NCBI GenBank assembly: GCA_035291325.1
Contig: DATDSK010000183.1
Coordinates: forward strand, 1-45,574
DNA from: Bdellovibrionota bacterium
GTDB lineage: Bacteria > Bdellovibrionota > UBA1018
Direction: 5' to 3'
Length of the DNA stretch: 45,574 bases
In this document: piece by piece, positions 33,125 through 43,025 of the stretch
How positions within the stretch are numbered: position 1 is the first letter of the stretch
How the letters are laid out: each line of letters opens with the position of its first letter
Made by a program: the position numbers and the translations under genes
Notes under the pieces: generated by a model
Databases searched by the model: none
Seen by the model: the letters and a program-made list of their open reading frames with translations, nothing else
What the model was told of the DNA's origin: nothing

Positions 33125-34104
33125 AACATCACCACGGCTTTCAGGAATCCGTCAGGACGCTGAATGGTGGCCTCGAGTGCTTCGGCGAGTCGTTCGAGTG
33201 GGAAGGTCTTCGTGATCAACATGTCGGGGTTCAACGTACCCGAGACCGTGGCCTGTATCGAATCGCGAATTCCGGCGAGATAAACCTGAGGATCGCGCTC
33301 GTGGGCGTTGATGACATCGAGTCCTCTCCAGTTCCAGAGTTGCATATTGACTTGACGCGGCCCATCCTGATGATAGCCCGCGATGATCAGCCGCCCCCGC
33401 TCACGCGTGAGTTCAGCGCTGAGGTCGAGCGGCCACTGCTTGCCGGCAGCTTCGAGAACGCGGTCACATAGAACGCCAGAGGTGAGGGCTTTTACACGGG
33501 AGATGATTTTCGCGTGGTCGTCCATCGGGATCAATTCATCGGCGCCCATCGCCTTGGCGATTTCGAGTGCATAGGGGCGTCGTGAAATCGCGAGAACGCG
33601 GGCTCCCGCTTTTGAAACGAGTCGGGTGAGCGCTGCTCCGAGAAACCCGATACCCACGATCGCGACAGTCTGTCCGGCCCGAATTTCGCTCCGGCGAAAA
33701 ATGTTCATCGCGCAACCAAACGCTTCTCCGGGGAACGGCAGTGCGTCGAGTGCTTGGGGGAGCGTGATTGTTTCGGAGGCCTTGGCCAGATCATATTCCG
33801 CATAGCCGCGATAGGATAATGCAGTCACCCTTTCGCCTAGCCTGAAATCGTTCACGCCCGGGCCGAGCGCGTCGACGGTTCCCCAGGTTTCGTGCCCCGG
33901 TGCGCCGGGTTCCATCGGATATTGCGTCCACGGCATTCCTTCCCATGACGCGGCATTGGAGCCGCAGACGCCGCAGCCTTGAATCCGAATTCTCAGCTCA
34001 TTTGGCCCCGGTGTGGGAATTGGAATCCGTTTCAGCTCGCATGTCCTTGGTCCGGTCAGAACGGCCGCCCGCATCGTCGCTTGGGATTCAAATGGCTGAA
34101 TCAT
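33121..34104 (-). CDS. Zinc-binding medium-chain alcohol dehydrogenase family protein
   Basis: CGVCGSN, PGHETWG (GHE zinc motif) and VGIGFLGA (GxGxxG). 327 aa. Confidence 0.88.
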   Translation of the reverse strand: MIQPFESQATMRAAVLTGPRTCELKRIPIPTPGPNELRIRIQGCGVCGSNAASWEGMPWTQYPMEPGAPGHETWGTVDALGPGVNDFRLGERVTALSYRGYAEYDLAKASETITLPQALDALPFPGEAFGCAMNIFRRSEIRAGQTVAIVGIGFLGAALTRLVSKAGARVLAISRRPYALEIAKAMGADELIPMDDHAKIISRVKALTSGVLCDRVLEAAGKQWPLDLSAELTRERGRLIIAGYHQDGPRQVNMQLWNWRGLDVINAHERDPQVYLAGIRDSIQATVSGTLNPDMLITKTFPLERLAEALEATIQRPDGFLKAVVML

Positions 34105-34176
34105 GTTTCGTCTCCTTTAGTGTGCTTTCCACGCCGGGCGCGCGATGCAAAATCGAAACCACGGAACGCGACGAGT

Positions 34177-35958
34177 ATGTTCGTTGCATTTTTGCGGCTT
34201 GTGATCGTGTATGGAGAACTGAAGCGAGTCGAAAGCACCCGGGATCTGATTGCCAAATTGAGCGATTCATTGCGGTGTTCTGCAAAGTTTACCGAGGGGA
34301 CTCAAACCTCAGCACCTCCATTGTCTTCCCGAGCCGCAGCGTCACCACGGACCGGTGCGCTCATTGAGCTTGGTGAACTGGTCCAGGGTATTCTGGATGA
34401 TGAGTTCCATAAAGATGGACGGGACGTCTGGGGTGGAATTCAGGAAATATGCGGCGAAGCCCTCCTGAATTGCGGAAAGCTATTTCTCAGTTCATGCTCC
34501 TCAGCTCTTGTGCATTTGCGGAACCTTCGGCAAAACCTTGAGATCCTATCCGGTTTGACTCTGCCCAGGCACGTAACCATTCACGTTCCCGAAGGATATG
34601 CCTATTACGCTGTTTATCCGGAACTTTACGCCGAAGCGGCCGTTCGGCTCGCAAAGTCTCCCCTCCGAGGCTTCAGCGTGATTGGGCTTCGGAGTATCGG
34701 GACCAGCCTTGCCGGTGTGGTCGCGGCGGCGCTCGGAGCCAGCGCTTTGCCCGTTACCTTGAGACCCACGGGTGATCCGTTCGAGAGACGGCTGAAAATC
34801 GCGGAGTCCCTCGAAGCGAAGCTCCTGGCTGAAGCTCATCAGCTTGTCTACGCGATCGTCGACGAAGGTCCCGGGCTATCGGGAAGCAGCTTTCGAGCCG
34901 TCTGTCACTGGCTCGAGGAACGAGGAGTTTCGCGTTCGAGGATTGTCCTGTTCCCGAGCCATCCAGGCGAGCCGGGACGCTCGGCATCAGACGCGCACCG
35001 GAGTGAGTGGCGAAATTTCAGGAAGACAGTCGTGCCTTTCGAGGAGTATTTCGATCAGGAGCTCCGTCATGTCGAGGATATTTCGGGTGGCCGGTGGCGC
35101 AAGAAGTTGCTGCCGGATCCGGAATCGTGGCCCGCGAGCTTTCCCCAGCAGGAACGGCGCAAGTATCTGTTCAAGGACGGCACAAAAACATATCTCGCGA
35201 AGTTTGCGGGGCTGGGGCGCTACGGCAAAGAAAAGTTGGCAAGAGCAAAACTGTTTGCCGAGGCGGGGTTCGCTCCCGAGGTGATGGGCTATCACTCCGG
35301 ATTTGTCCTGATGCGTTGGTATGAGAATGCGGTTCCTTGCGGAGATTGGATGACCAAGCGGCATCGCGAGGGCTTGGTTGTGAGTGCCGGTAAGTACCTT
35401 TCGATGATTCGACAGCAATTCCGGAGCCTGGATGACTCTACGGGCGCCTCGGTTCGGCAATTATTTGAAATGGCGGCCGCCAATTCGCGCGAGAAATTCG
35501 GGAACGCACTTGATCGTGGTTTGAAAACAATCGAAGCGCTGATCGAGAATGTGGCGGGCGCGGTTGTTCATACCGCCACCGACAATAAGATGCACGCGTG
35601 GGAATGGATCAGGCTTCCTGACGGCAGGTTCTTGAAGACGGACGGACTGGATCACCATTCGTCGCACGACATCGTGGGTTGCCAGGACATTGCGTGGGAT
35701 ATCGTGGCCGCAAAAATCGAGCTTTGTCTGACGGACTCCGAATTCGAAAATTTCCTGGCGTTCGTCGGCTCACGAGAACCGCGAGGCGAATGGTTTTCGC
35801 CAGAGAAGGAGCGCTTTTTCAATGTCTGCTATCTGGCTTTTCAAATGGGCTGCTTTTCGAACGCCGCGCAGTGCATGAGTCACGATCCCGAAGAGCGAGC
35901 GCGCCTGCAGCGGGCTTCTGACCGGTATGCCTTCCGGCTGGCAGACCGACTCCGCTAG
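34177..35958 (+). CDS. Hypothetical protein; possible PRTase-like domain followed by a divergent protein-kinase-like (APH-type) fold
   Basis: The frame stays open for about 2 kb. The listed TTG start at 33979 would overlap the divergent ADH gene, so the first ATG outside it (34177) is used; the true start could be further downstream. VYAIVDEGPGLSGSSF resembles a PRTase PRPP loop. YLAKFAGLGRYGKEKLARAKLFAEAGFAPEV...LKTDGLDHH...QDIAWDI resembles kinase-fold lobes, but without an obvious HxD catalytic loop. Confidence 0.6.
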   Translation: MFVAFLRLVIVYGELKRVESTRDLIAKLSDSLRCSAKFTEGTQTSAPPLSSRAAASPRTGALIELGELVQGILDDEFHKDGRDVWGGIQEICGEALLNCGKLFLSSCSSALVHLRNLRQNLEILSGLTLPRHVTIHVPEGYAYYAVYPELYAEAAVRLAKSPLRGFSVIGLRSIGTSLAGVVAAALGASALPVTLRPTGDPFERRLKIAESLEAKLLAEAHQLVYAIVDEGPGLSGSSFRAVCHWLEERGVSRSRIVLFPSHPGEPGRSASDAHRSEWRNFRKTVVPFEEYFDQELRHVEDISGGRWRKKLLPDPESWPASFPQQERRKYLFKDGTKTYLAKFAGLGRYGKEKLARAKLFAEAGFAPEVMGYHSGFVLMRWYENAVPCGDWMTKRHREGLVVSAGKYLSMIRQQFRSLDDSTGASVRQLFEMAAANSREKFGNALDRGLKTIEALIENVAGAVVHTATDNKMHAWEWIRLPDGRFLKTDGLDHHSSHDIVGCQDIAWDIVAAKIELCLTDSEFENFLAFVGSREPRGEWFSPEKERFFNVCYLAFQMGCFSNAAQCMSHDPEERARLQRASDRYAFRLADRLR

Positions 35959-35964
35959 TTCAGG

Positions 35965-38028
35965 CTAGTTACGGAGGCGATTGCCCAGCCAGACCGTCTC
36001 GAATCTGCCAAGCTGGAGGGTCGCTTTGCCATTCTGGAGTTCCAGGATGTATTCCTTACCCGTCAAATAGTCACCGAGATGAATGCTGCTTTTAAGCGCG
36101 AGTTCCGGAACGGGGGTGAGATCGAGCATGACGGTCGCGGGTTTGTCGTCGAGATGGTGCACGACGAGTACGGTTTCGCCACTGAGCGAGTGCTCGCGGC
36201 AATAGCTCAGCACGTCCTCGCAATCGTTCGTTATGCGCAGAATCCGTCCTCGTCGCAGGGCAAGGCTCGAACGCCGCACGATGATCATCGTATGAAGGTG
36301 ATCGAAGGTGCTCGAAGCGAGAAGCGGCCCTTTGTGCATGGCCGCTGATTCAAATGCATCGCGTGGAATCGGCCCGCGTCCGAGATCACGCGTATCGAAC
36401 GTGCTCAGGGCTGCAATTCCGAATTTGCCGAAGTACTCCGCGCGAAGCCGTGCCTCTGCCTGAACGAATGTCACGTTGTTTCCGGCCGCGATCTCGTCGC
36501 CATAGTAAAGCACCGGCATTCCGTCCTGACTCATAAGGAGGGAATAGGCGAGCCGGATCCGGTCAATGTCATTACCCAGGAATTCGGCAGCTCTGCCGGC
36601 CACGCCGTTTCCGTCCCTGAACGACGCGCCTCTTCCTTCGCGAAAGATACTTTGGAGTACGGGCTTCTGCGCGTCGGGCAGCATTTCGAGCGTGAGTTCG
36701 TCATGAACCCGCAAAAAATTCGCCCAGATCGCGTTGTGAGGAAGGGGGAGTGTTTCGAGACGGCTTAGGAATTCATCATAATAACGTTTGTTGCCGCTGA
36801 TCAGGGTGAGCCACGAAGCCGTCATTCCTTCGAACTGGTAGGCAATCTGTGATTCGCTCGGGGTCTCGATGAGCTTCGACGCGAGTGGAAGCTTTACTTC
36901 GGTGCGCGCGCTTCGGCCGAAGTAGCGGACGATATCATCCAGCTTCTGACATGCCTCGACCTTGAGGCGTGAGGCGGGCGCTATGTGTTTGAGATATTGG
37001 CTCAGGAGTTCGACGACCCGGTGGGTGCGGGTGTGATTTTCAGCGCTTTTGTCCAGGAACGGAATCGCGTCGAGGCGAAAGACATCGATTCCTTTGTTGG
37101 CCCAATGGGCGAGCAGTGCATAGGCTTCCTTGAGAACTTCCGGGTTTCGATAATTCAGATCCAGTTGAAACGGGTAAAACGTGTGGTAAATCCAAAGCGT
37201 CCGGCCATCCGAGAGTTTGACCTCGCGGTAGTGGCAGTCGGTGATTTCCGGAAAGATAAGACGGCGATGTACCTCATGTGACGTCCCGTCCTCGCCCGTT
37301 TCCCTGTAGACGACGACTTTTCCGGCGGATGATTCATAGCGACGGAGAATGGCCGGCGCTTGCTCCCGGGTGATGAAGCATTCGCGAAATCGGTCATCTC
37401 CGTCCAGTAACGCCTGGAACCAGGGGTGCTGATCCGATACGTGGTTCAGTACCAGATCCATCTTGACCTTCATGGCGTTTTTCTTGGCCTCGCGAAGAAA
37501 ATGCTCGAAAGCCTCCGTTCCTCCGAGACGCGGTTCGACGTTCATGAAATCCATGACATCGAAGCCGCCGTCGAGCCCCGCGGAGCGTAGGAACGGCAAT
37601 GGATAGAGCTGATCCACGCCGAGTTCCTTGAGATATGGAATCATCCGCGCGGCGGTTTCGAAGGTGCCGGTTTTCCCATCCACCCCGAACTGATCCGGGT
37701 AGAACATGTATTCGACCGTGTCTTTCGGCCACTGCGATTCGATTGAAAGATCGAGTTCCTGCAGTTCGGGAGGACGCGCCGTCCGGGCTTTCATTACCGC
37801 TTCTTCAAAATCCAGAACGGATCTGCCGATCACCCGAGGGGCCTTCGTTTGAAGTATCGAGCTGAGAATGGAGATCAGATGTGTTCTCGTCAAATGCTCG
37901 ACCGGGACGAGTCCTTCGAGTTCGGAAGGATACGAAGGAAGGAAGTCGGTGCCGGATTGGCGCAACTCTTCCATGACTTGATTCAAAATGTCGGGAGAAC
38001 TTGCGAAAAAATCTGTTAAGTCTTCCAC
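35965..38028 (-). CDS. GH13 alpha-amylase-family enzyme (amylosucrase/trehalose-synthase-like glucosyltransferase)
   Basis: Conserved GH13 regions: I DLVLNHVS, II GIDVFRLDAIPFL, III KVEACQ, IV FLRVHDE. It also has FYPFQLDLNYRNPEV, typical of the TreS/amylosucrase subgroup. There is an N-terminal extension of ~100 aa. Confidence 0.88.
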   Translation of the reverse strand: MEDLTDFFASSPDILNQVMEELRQSGTDFLPSYPSELEGLVPVEHLTRTHLISILSSILQTKAPRVIGRSVLDFEEAVMKARTARPPELQELDLSIESQWPKDTVEYMFYPDQFGVDGKTGTFETAARMIPYLKELGVDQLYPLPFLRSAGLDGGFDVMDFMNVEPRLGGTEAFEHFLREAKKNAMKVKMDLVLNHVSDQHPWFQALLDGDDRFRECFITREQAPAILRRYESSAGKVVVYRETGEDGTSHEVHRRLIFPEITDCHYREVKLSDGRTLWIYHTFYPFQLDLNYRNPEVLKEAYALLAHWANKGIDVFRLDAIPFLDKSAENHTRTHRVVELLSQYLKHIAPASRLKVEACQKLDDIVRYFGRSARTEVKLPLASKLIETPSESQIAYQFEGMTASWLTLISGNKRYYDEFLSRLETLPLPHNAIWANFLRVHDELTLEMLPDAQKPVLQSIFREGRGASFRDGNGVAGRAAEFLGNDIDRIRLAYSLLMSQDGMPVLYYGDEIAAGNNVTFVQAEARLRAEYFGKFGIAALSTFDTRDLGRGPIPRDAFESAAMHKGPLLASSTFDHLHTMIIVRRSSLALRRGRILRITNDCEDVLSYCREHSLSGETVLVVHHLDDKPATVMLDLTPVPELALKSSIHLGDYLTGKEYILELQNGKATLQLGRFETVWLGNRLRN

Positions 38029-38250
38029 GGACGCCCCCAGGATGTGGCCGATGTACTGTGAGAAAATGTTTTGTGCGGATTAGGCGTGATATTGACAAAT
38101 CCATGTGCGGGCTTCAAGACGAGATCCGGGTCCTGAGCATTTTTATAAGGCCGGCTGTTTGAGAGGCTAATTGTCTTCCGTTAGGTAATCCTTCGGCCTA
38201 TAATCGGGTGCGTTGTATAAACAATGTTTTGCGAAGAGTACGGAGTATAA

Positions 38251-39159
38251 ATGCGTTTGGCTCTGATTTTGTTTTTCGCTGTTTTTTGTGCTTCGACATC
38301 CGGGATCTGGATCAAGTTGGCTTCTGCGGATCCGGGTGTGGTCGCCTTCTACCGTTCCTTCTTCGCTTTTTTGATATTCTCGCCGGCGGTGGCTTCAGGC
38401 TTGAAGCGAGGCCACATGAGCTTCCGCCAGATCGGCTGGAGTCTGGCGGCCGGCTTTGTTTTTGGATTTCACATCCTGATCTGGATCATGGCCGTTCGCC
38501 AGACGACGCTGGCCAATGCCGCGCTATGTTTTGCCGTGAATCCCGTCGTTACCGCGGTATTCGGGCACTTTTTCTTTGACGAGCGTTCGGACCGGACACT
38601 CTGGCTCTCGATCGGTTTGGGCATTCTTGGCATCGCGGCCATCGGGGGAGTGGACGTTTCACTTTCGCCTCAGTACCTGAAAGGCGACCTGCTGGCTCTC
38701 CTTTCCGGAATCGTGTTCACGTTTTATCTGCTGATCGGGAAAAAAATGCGGCGTGACGCCGATTCCGCTTCCAACAGACACTACATGGGCCTTCTGTATT
38801 TCGGTTCGGCCCTGGTAACCGGAATCATCGGCATGAGCAATGGCGCGGAATTTTCGGGTTTCAGTCAGCTGACCTGGTTCGCGCTCGCGGGCCTGACGAT
38901 CTTCCCGACGATTCTCGGTCACGGCACTTTTAATTACTTGGTGAAGTTCCTGCCCGCTTCGGTCGTTTCGGCGGGAACTCTCGCCGAACCGCTCTTTGCC
39001 GGGTTCATGGCTTTTCTGCTGTTTGGAGAAGGTGTGACCGCCGGCACCGTCACGGGGTACATCCTTATCACGACGAGCATCGGATGCCTGACGTGGTCGC
39101 TGGAGCGAGCGCGATCCGGAAGAGTTCAAAAAGCCGGGCTGCCGGTCGGTCTGTCATGA
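38251..39159 (+). CDS. DMT-superfamily (EamA-like) transporter
   Basis: 302 aa, about ten hydrophobic segments in two repeats, with no signal peptidase site. Confidence 0.85.
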   Translation: MRLALILFFAVFCASTSGIWIKLASADPGVVAFYRSFFAFLIFSPAVASGLKRGHMSFRQIGWSLAAGFVFGFHILIWIMAVRQTTLANAALCFAVNPVVTAVFGHFFFDERSDRTLWLSIGLGILGIAAIGGVDVSLSPQYLKGDLLALLSGIVFTFYLLIGKKMRRDADSASNRHYMGLLYFGSALVTGIIGMSNGAEFSGFSQLTWFALAGLTIFPTILGHGTFNYLVKFLPASVVSAGTLAEPLFAGFMAFLLFGEGVTAGTVTGYILITTSIGCLTWSLERARSGRVQKAGLPVGLS

Positions 39160-40287
39160 AGCTCGTTTTCGGAATTTTTCATCGGTGATCTCCCGGTCCC
39201 GGAGCGTTCCTCGTGACCTTCGCACGACCGTCGGCCAGATCTGAAGAAGGGCGGTCAGCGCGGTAATCAAAATCGGCCCGAAGAATACCCCCATGATCCC
39301 AAAAAGTTCGAGTCCGCCGAAAATCGCGACCAGACTGACCAGGGGATGAATGGAGCTGCGGCCCTTTAAGACGAGCGGACGTACGAAGTTATCGATAATT
39401 CCGGCCAAGAGCCCTACGCCGAGCATCAGGACCAGTTTGAGCCAGGCGCTTTGGACATAAAGATAGATTGCCCCGGCCACCCAGATCGGAGTGGTCCCGA
39501 GCATCGGGATCCACGCGAACAGGAAAGTCGCGGCACCCGCCAGAAAGGCGCCTGGAACGCCCAGGACGATGAACCCGATAACGAGCACGGCGGCCTGCGC
39601 GGCTGCGGCGGCCAGCGTGGCCCAGATCACCGAAACCGTCGTATCCTGGAACGCGCGTGTCAGTTCCGATTGGACGACCGGATCGAGTGGCACTCTCCCC
39701 TTCAGCCAATTCAGGAAAGTGCGTCCGTCCAAAAGGAAGAAGAAGCATGCGAGACCCGAGAGAGCCGCTTGCAGCAGGGTAATGGGAAGCCTGGCCGCCA
39801 ACAGGACGATCCAGCCGCTCGCCATTTTCAATCCGCTTTGGAGTCCGGCGCGGAGTTGCCTCTCAATGTTCGCCGGGTCACCGATTACGGAACGCAGCGG
39901 AGGCCAGCGGCTCAGTTCTTCAAAAATCGACTGAAACGACAAATTCTGTTCGGAGAGACTCTGTCCGATGGCGGTTGCCTGCTTGACGGCGAGCAGGATG
40001 AGCAGCGAAAACGGGCCGACGATCAGCAAAAAGACGGCAAGCGTCACGATCGTTCCCGCCCATTTTCTGCCGAAGCCCGAGCTGACGAGTCGGTCGAAAA
40101 CACGAATGGACAGGTTCGCGAATATCGCGCCGCTGAGTACAGCCAGCAAGTAAGGCGCGACCATTCTGAACGTGGCGACCAGTACCAAAGCGAGCAGAAT
40201 GACGAATAGCGTGACTGATATTCTATTGGGTTCCGGCTCGCGTGCGTTTTGTGTCACGTGAGCGAAACTGCAATTTTCGAGCTGCAC
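39154..40287 (-). CDS. AI-2E family (PerM/YhhT-like) transporter
   Basis: 377 aa polytopic membrane protein with the typical C-terminal IDNFVRPLV...HPLVSLVAIFGG motif region. Starts 2 nt downstream of the ATPase stop. Confidence 0.85.
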   Translation of the reverse strand: MQLENCSFAHVTQNAREPEPNRISVTLFVILLALVLVATFRMVAPYLLAVLSGAIFANLSIRVFDRLVSSGFGRKWAGTIVTLAVFLLIVGPFSLLILLAVKQATAIGQSLSEQNLSFQSIFEELSRWPPLRSVIGDPANIERQLRAGLQSGLKMASGWIVLLAARLPITLLQAALSGLACFFFLLDGRTFLNWLKGRVPLDPVVQSELTRAFQDTTVSVIWATLAAAAAQAAVLVIGFIVLGVPGAFLAGAATFLFAWIPMLGTTPIWVAGAIYLYVQSAWLKLVLMLGVGLLAGIIDNFVRPLVLKGRSSIHPLVSLVAIFGGLELFGIMGVFFGPILITALTALLQIWPTVVRRSRGTLRDREITDEKFRKRAS

Positions 40288-40289
40288 GC

Positions 40290-42953
40290 TTACTTCCGAT
40301 AGAGAAGGTTTTTGCGGACAAGAAATTTCTCGAGTTCAACCGCCCAGAAGACGGAAGTTGAAATGACGAGGCATACCGCGAGTTCCTGTCCGGTCAGAGG
40401 CTGTGTCTTGAGGAGGTCATTGAGGAACGGGACATAGATCGTGGCCAATTGAAGAAGAAGCGTGAAGATCACGGTCAGCAGCAGGGGACGATTCGAAAGA
40501 ATTCCGATTTTGAACAGGGATTCGCGTTCCGAACGTATCGCAAGGACGTGGCCCATTTGCGAAATGGATAACACGGTGAATACCATTGTTTGCCAGTGAC
40601 CGTTCCCGCGTCCGATACCCCATGCTTCGGTCCAAAGTGAAATCGCGCCGATCAGGAGTCCGACGAAAATGACGTGTTGCCAGAGTCCGTCCGCGAAGAT
40701 GCTTGAGTGGATGGGCCGAGGAGGCTTCTTCATGATTTGTGCTTCGGCGGGTTCGACGGCGAGCGCGAGTCCGGGGAGTCCGTCGGTGATCAGGTTTACC
40801 CAAAGGATCTGAATCGCGATGAGCGGAATCGGCAAGCCGATGAAGGGCGCGAGAACCAGTGTCCATAGCTCTCCGGAGTTGCCGGTCATCGCATAACGGA
40901 CGAACTTTCGAATATTGTCATAGATCCGACGCCCCTCCGCCACGGCGACGACAATCGTCGCGAAATTGTCGTCGAGAAGGACGAGGTGCGACGCTTCGCG
41001 CGCTACATCGGTTCCCTGCTTTCCCATCGCGACGCCGATGTCGGCCTTTTTCAGGGCCGGAGCGTCGTTTACTCCGTCTCCGGTCATGGCGACGACTTCT
41101 CCACGATTTTGCAGCGCCATAACGATTCTTATCTTTTGTGCCGGGTTCATTCGAGCATAGACTCTCAGCTTTTCGACGCGATTTTCGAGTTCGGCGTCGG
41201 GAAGCTTCGCCAATTCCGGTCCGGATATGATGGACCGCTCTCCATCGGCAATCGCGAGCTGCCGCGCGATCGCATGAGCCGTGATCACGTGGTCGCCGGT
41301 AATCATGATGGGCGTGATCCCGGCATCCAGGCACGCACGCACGGACGCCGCGGCTTCAGGCCGTGGCGGATCGGCAATTCCCGCCAGAGCCAGAAACGTC
41401 AGATCAGCCTCAATAAGGTCCGGCGTGACCTGGTCGACGGGATTCTTGAGCTTACGGCAGGCAAGCGCGAGAACTCGCAGTCCTTGAAAGGCCATTCGTT
41501 TGGCGGCTTCCTGGAGCTCACCCTTATTGATCGTGACCTCGCCGGTCGATAGAAGCAGCTTTGCGCACTTATTGATGATGGACTCGGGGGACCCTTTGCA
41601 GAAAACGGTTACGCCATTCTGATCGCTGTGAAGAGTCGACATCGCCTGGCGGGTGGAATCGAAAGGGAGTTCGGCGATCCGGGGAAGTTCCTCAGACAGC
41701 CGGCGTTTCTCGAACCCATGATGTTCGGCCAGGGCAAGGAGGGCTACTTCACTGGGATCACCCGTGACTGCTCCGTCCGGGGCGAGGGAAGCGTCATTGC
41801 TCAAAGCCATCGCCTGAAAGATGCGATTCAGATTCGGGTTTTTGGGAGCCATCCGGTCGCTTGCCGCGATGGTCCGCCCGTCCATGAAGAGTTCTTTCAC
41901 TTGCATCCGATTCTGAGTGAGCGTCCCGGTCTTGTCGGTGCAGATGTGGGTCACGGATCCCAGAGTTTCGACTGCCGGCAATGAACGAACGAGGGCCTGG
42001 TGTCGCGCCATTCTGCGGGCACCGAGCGCCAAGCCGATCGTTACGACGGCTGGGAGCGATTCGGGGATGGCCGCAACCGCGATACTGATGGCGGTGATGA
42101 ACATGTTTACGATTTCTTCACCCCGCAATACGCCCGCGCCGAAGAGAACGACGCAAATGCCCAGGACCGCGACGGAGAGCCGGTGTCCCAGTTGGTCGAG
42201 ACGGCGCTGTAAGGGGGTTCGTACCTGTTCTTGGACCGATCCGCTCGTGAGGAGGGTGGCGATTTTCCCCAACTCGGAGCGCATTCCGGTGGCGATCGCG
42301 ATTCCCTTGGCCCGTCCGCTGAGCGCGATCGTACCCTGATAAGCCAAATTGGTCCGATCGCCGAGCGCCGAATGCGGGTCGCTGAGCGTCGCGGTTTGCT
42401 TTTCGGTGGGCACGGACTCACCCGTCAGGGCGGATTCGTCGAATTTTGCCTGAACGGCTTCGATCAGACGGAGATCGGCCGGAATTTTATTCCCCGCTTC
42501 AATGAGCACCAGGTCACCGGGTACGAGCAAGGCTGCCGGAACCATTCGTGGTGTCGCGTCGCGAATCACCCGGCATTCAGGTGTCGCCATGGAACGCAGC
42601 GCTTGAATGGCCTGTTCCGCTTTGTACTGCTGGAAGGTCCCCATTGCCGCGTTCAGGAGTACGATCAGGAGGATCACGATGGAATCTTTCAGATCTCCGA
42701 CCGCTCCCGAGATGATCGCCGCGCCGATTAGGACGATGATCATGAAGTCACTGAGATGTTCGAAGAAGATGTGCAAGCGGCTGCGATGCTGTTGTTCCCG
42801 AATCGTGTTTGAGCCGTGCCGCTTCAACCGATGCGCCGCTTCGGACGAGGAAAGGCCTGAATGAAGGTCCACCGCGAGCTCTTTGGCCGTTGCGTCAGCA
42901 TTAAGAAGATGCCACATCGGGGTGGGCTTTTCTTGGGACAGGCCGGGCATCAA
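40290..42953 (-). CDS. P2-type cation-translocating P-type ATPase (Ca2+/Mg2+-ATPase-like)
   Basis: LTGESVP (actuator), ICTDKTGTLTQNRM (phosphorylation site), MITGDH and TGDGVNDAPALKKADIGVAMG. N-terminal cation-ATPase-N pattern LSSSEAAHRLKRHGSN. 887 aa. Confidence 0.92.
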   Translation of the reverse strand: MMPGLSQEKPTPMWHLLNADATAKELAVDLHSGLSSSEAAHRLKRHGSNTIREQQHRSRLHIFFEHLSDFMIIVLIGAAIISGAVGDLKDSIVILLIVLLNAAMGTFQQYKAEQAIQALRSMATPECRVIRDATPRMVPAALLVPGDLVLIEAGNKIPADLRLIEAVQAKFDESALTGESVPTEKQTATLSDPHSALGDRTNLAYQGTIALSGRAKGIAIATGMRSELGKIATLLTSGSVQEQVRTPLQRRLDQLGHRLSVAVLGICVVLFGAGVLRGEEIVNMFITAISIAVAAIPESLPAVVTIGLALGARRMARHQALVRSLPAVETLGSVTHICTDKTGTLTQNRMQVKELFMDGRTIAASDRMAPKNPNLNRIFQAMALSNDASLAPDGAVTGDPSEVALLALAEHHGFEKRRLSEELPRIAELPFDSTRQAMSTLHSDQNGVTVFCKGSPESIINKCAKLLLSTGEVTINKGELQEAAKRMAFQGLRVLALACRKLKNPVDQVTPDLIEADLTFLALAGIADPPRPEAAASVRACLDAGITPIMITGDHVITAHAIARQLAIADGERSIISGPELAKLPDAELENRVEKLRVYARMNPAQKIRIVMALQNRGEVVAMTGDGVNDAPALKKADIGVAMGKQGTDVAREASHLVLLDDNFATIVVAVAEGRRIYDNIRKFVRYAMTGNSGELWTLVLAPFIGLPIPLIAIQILWVNLITDGLPGLALAVEPAEAQIMKKPPRPIHSSIFADGLWQHVIFVGLLIGAISLWTEAWGIGRGNGHWQTMVFTVLSISQMGHVLAIRSERESLFKIGILSNRPLLLTVIFTLLLQLATIYVPFLNDLLKTQPLTGQELAVCLVISTSVFWAVELEKFLVRKNLLYRK

Positions 42954-43025
42954 GATCCAGAGTTCAAGAACGGAACCACGCGACGGGGCTGTCGCGAGTT
43001 GTGGAACAAGAGCCGACGGCTTAAT

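Noticed and set aside
33979-34176. The TTG start at 33979 for the 659-aa ORF.
   Set aside because: It would overlap the 5' 126 nt of the divergent alcohol dehydrogenase gene, and the extra residues are Arg/Pro/Trp-rich. The first ATG beyond the ADH start (34177) is used instead, with stated uncertainty.
38199-38204. A perfect TATAAT hexamer about 47 nt upstream of the EamA-like gene as its -10 element.
   Set aside because: There is no acceptable -35 hexamer at 16-19 nt spacing. The nearest TTG-containing hexamer, TTGTCT, is 22 nt away. It is possibly real, but cannot be supported from sequence alone.
42979-42996. The hairpin CGCGAC-GGGGCT-GTCGCG between the GH43-like gene and the P-type ATPase gene as an intrinsic terminator.
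   Set aside because: The stem is only 6 bp, and on the transcribed (minus) strand it is followed by a mixed, only weakly T-rich tract. That is too weak to call.
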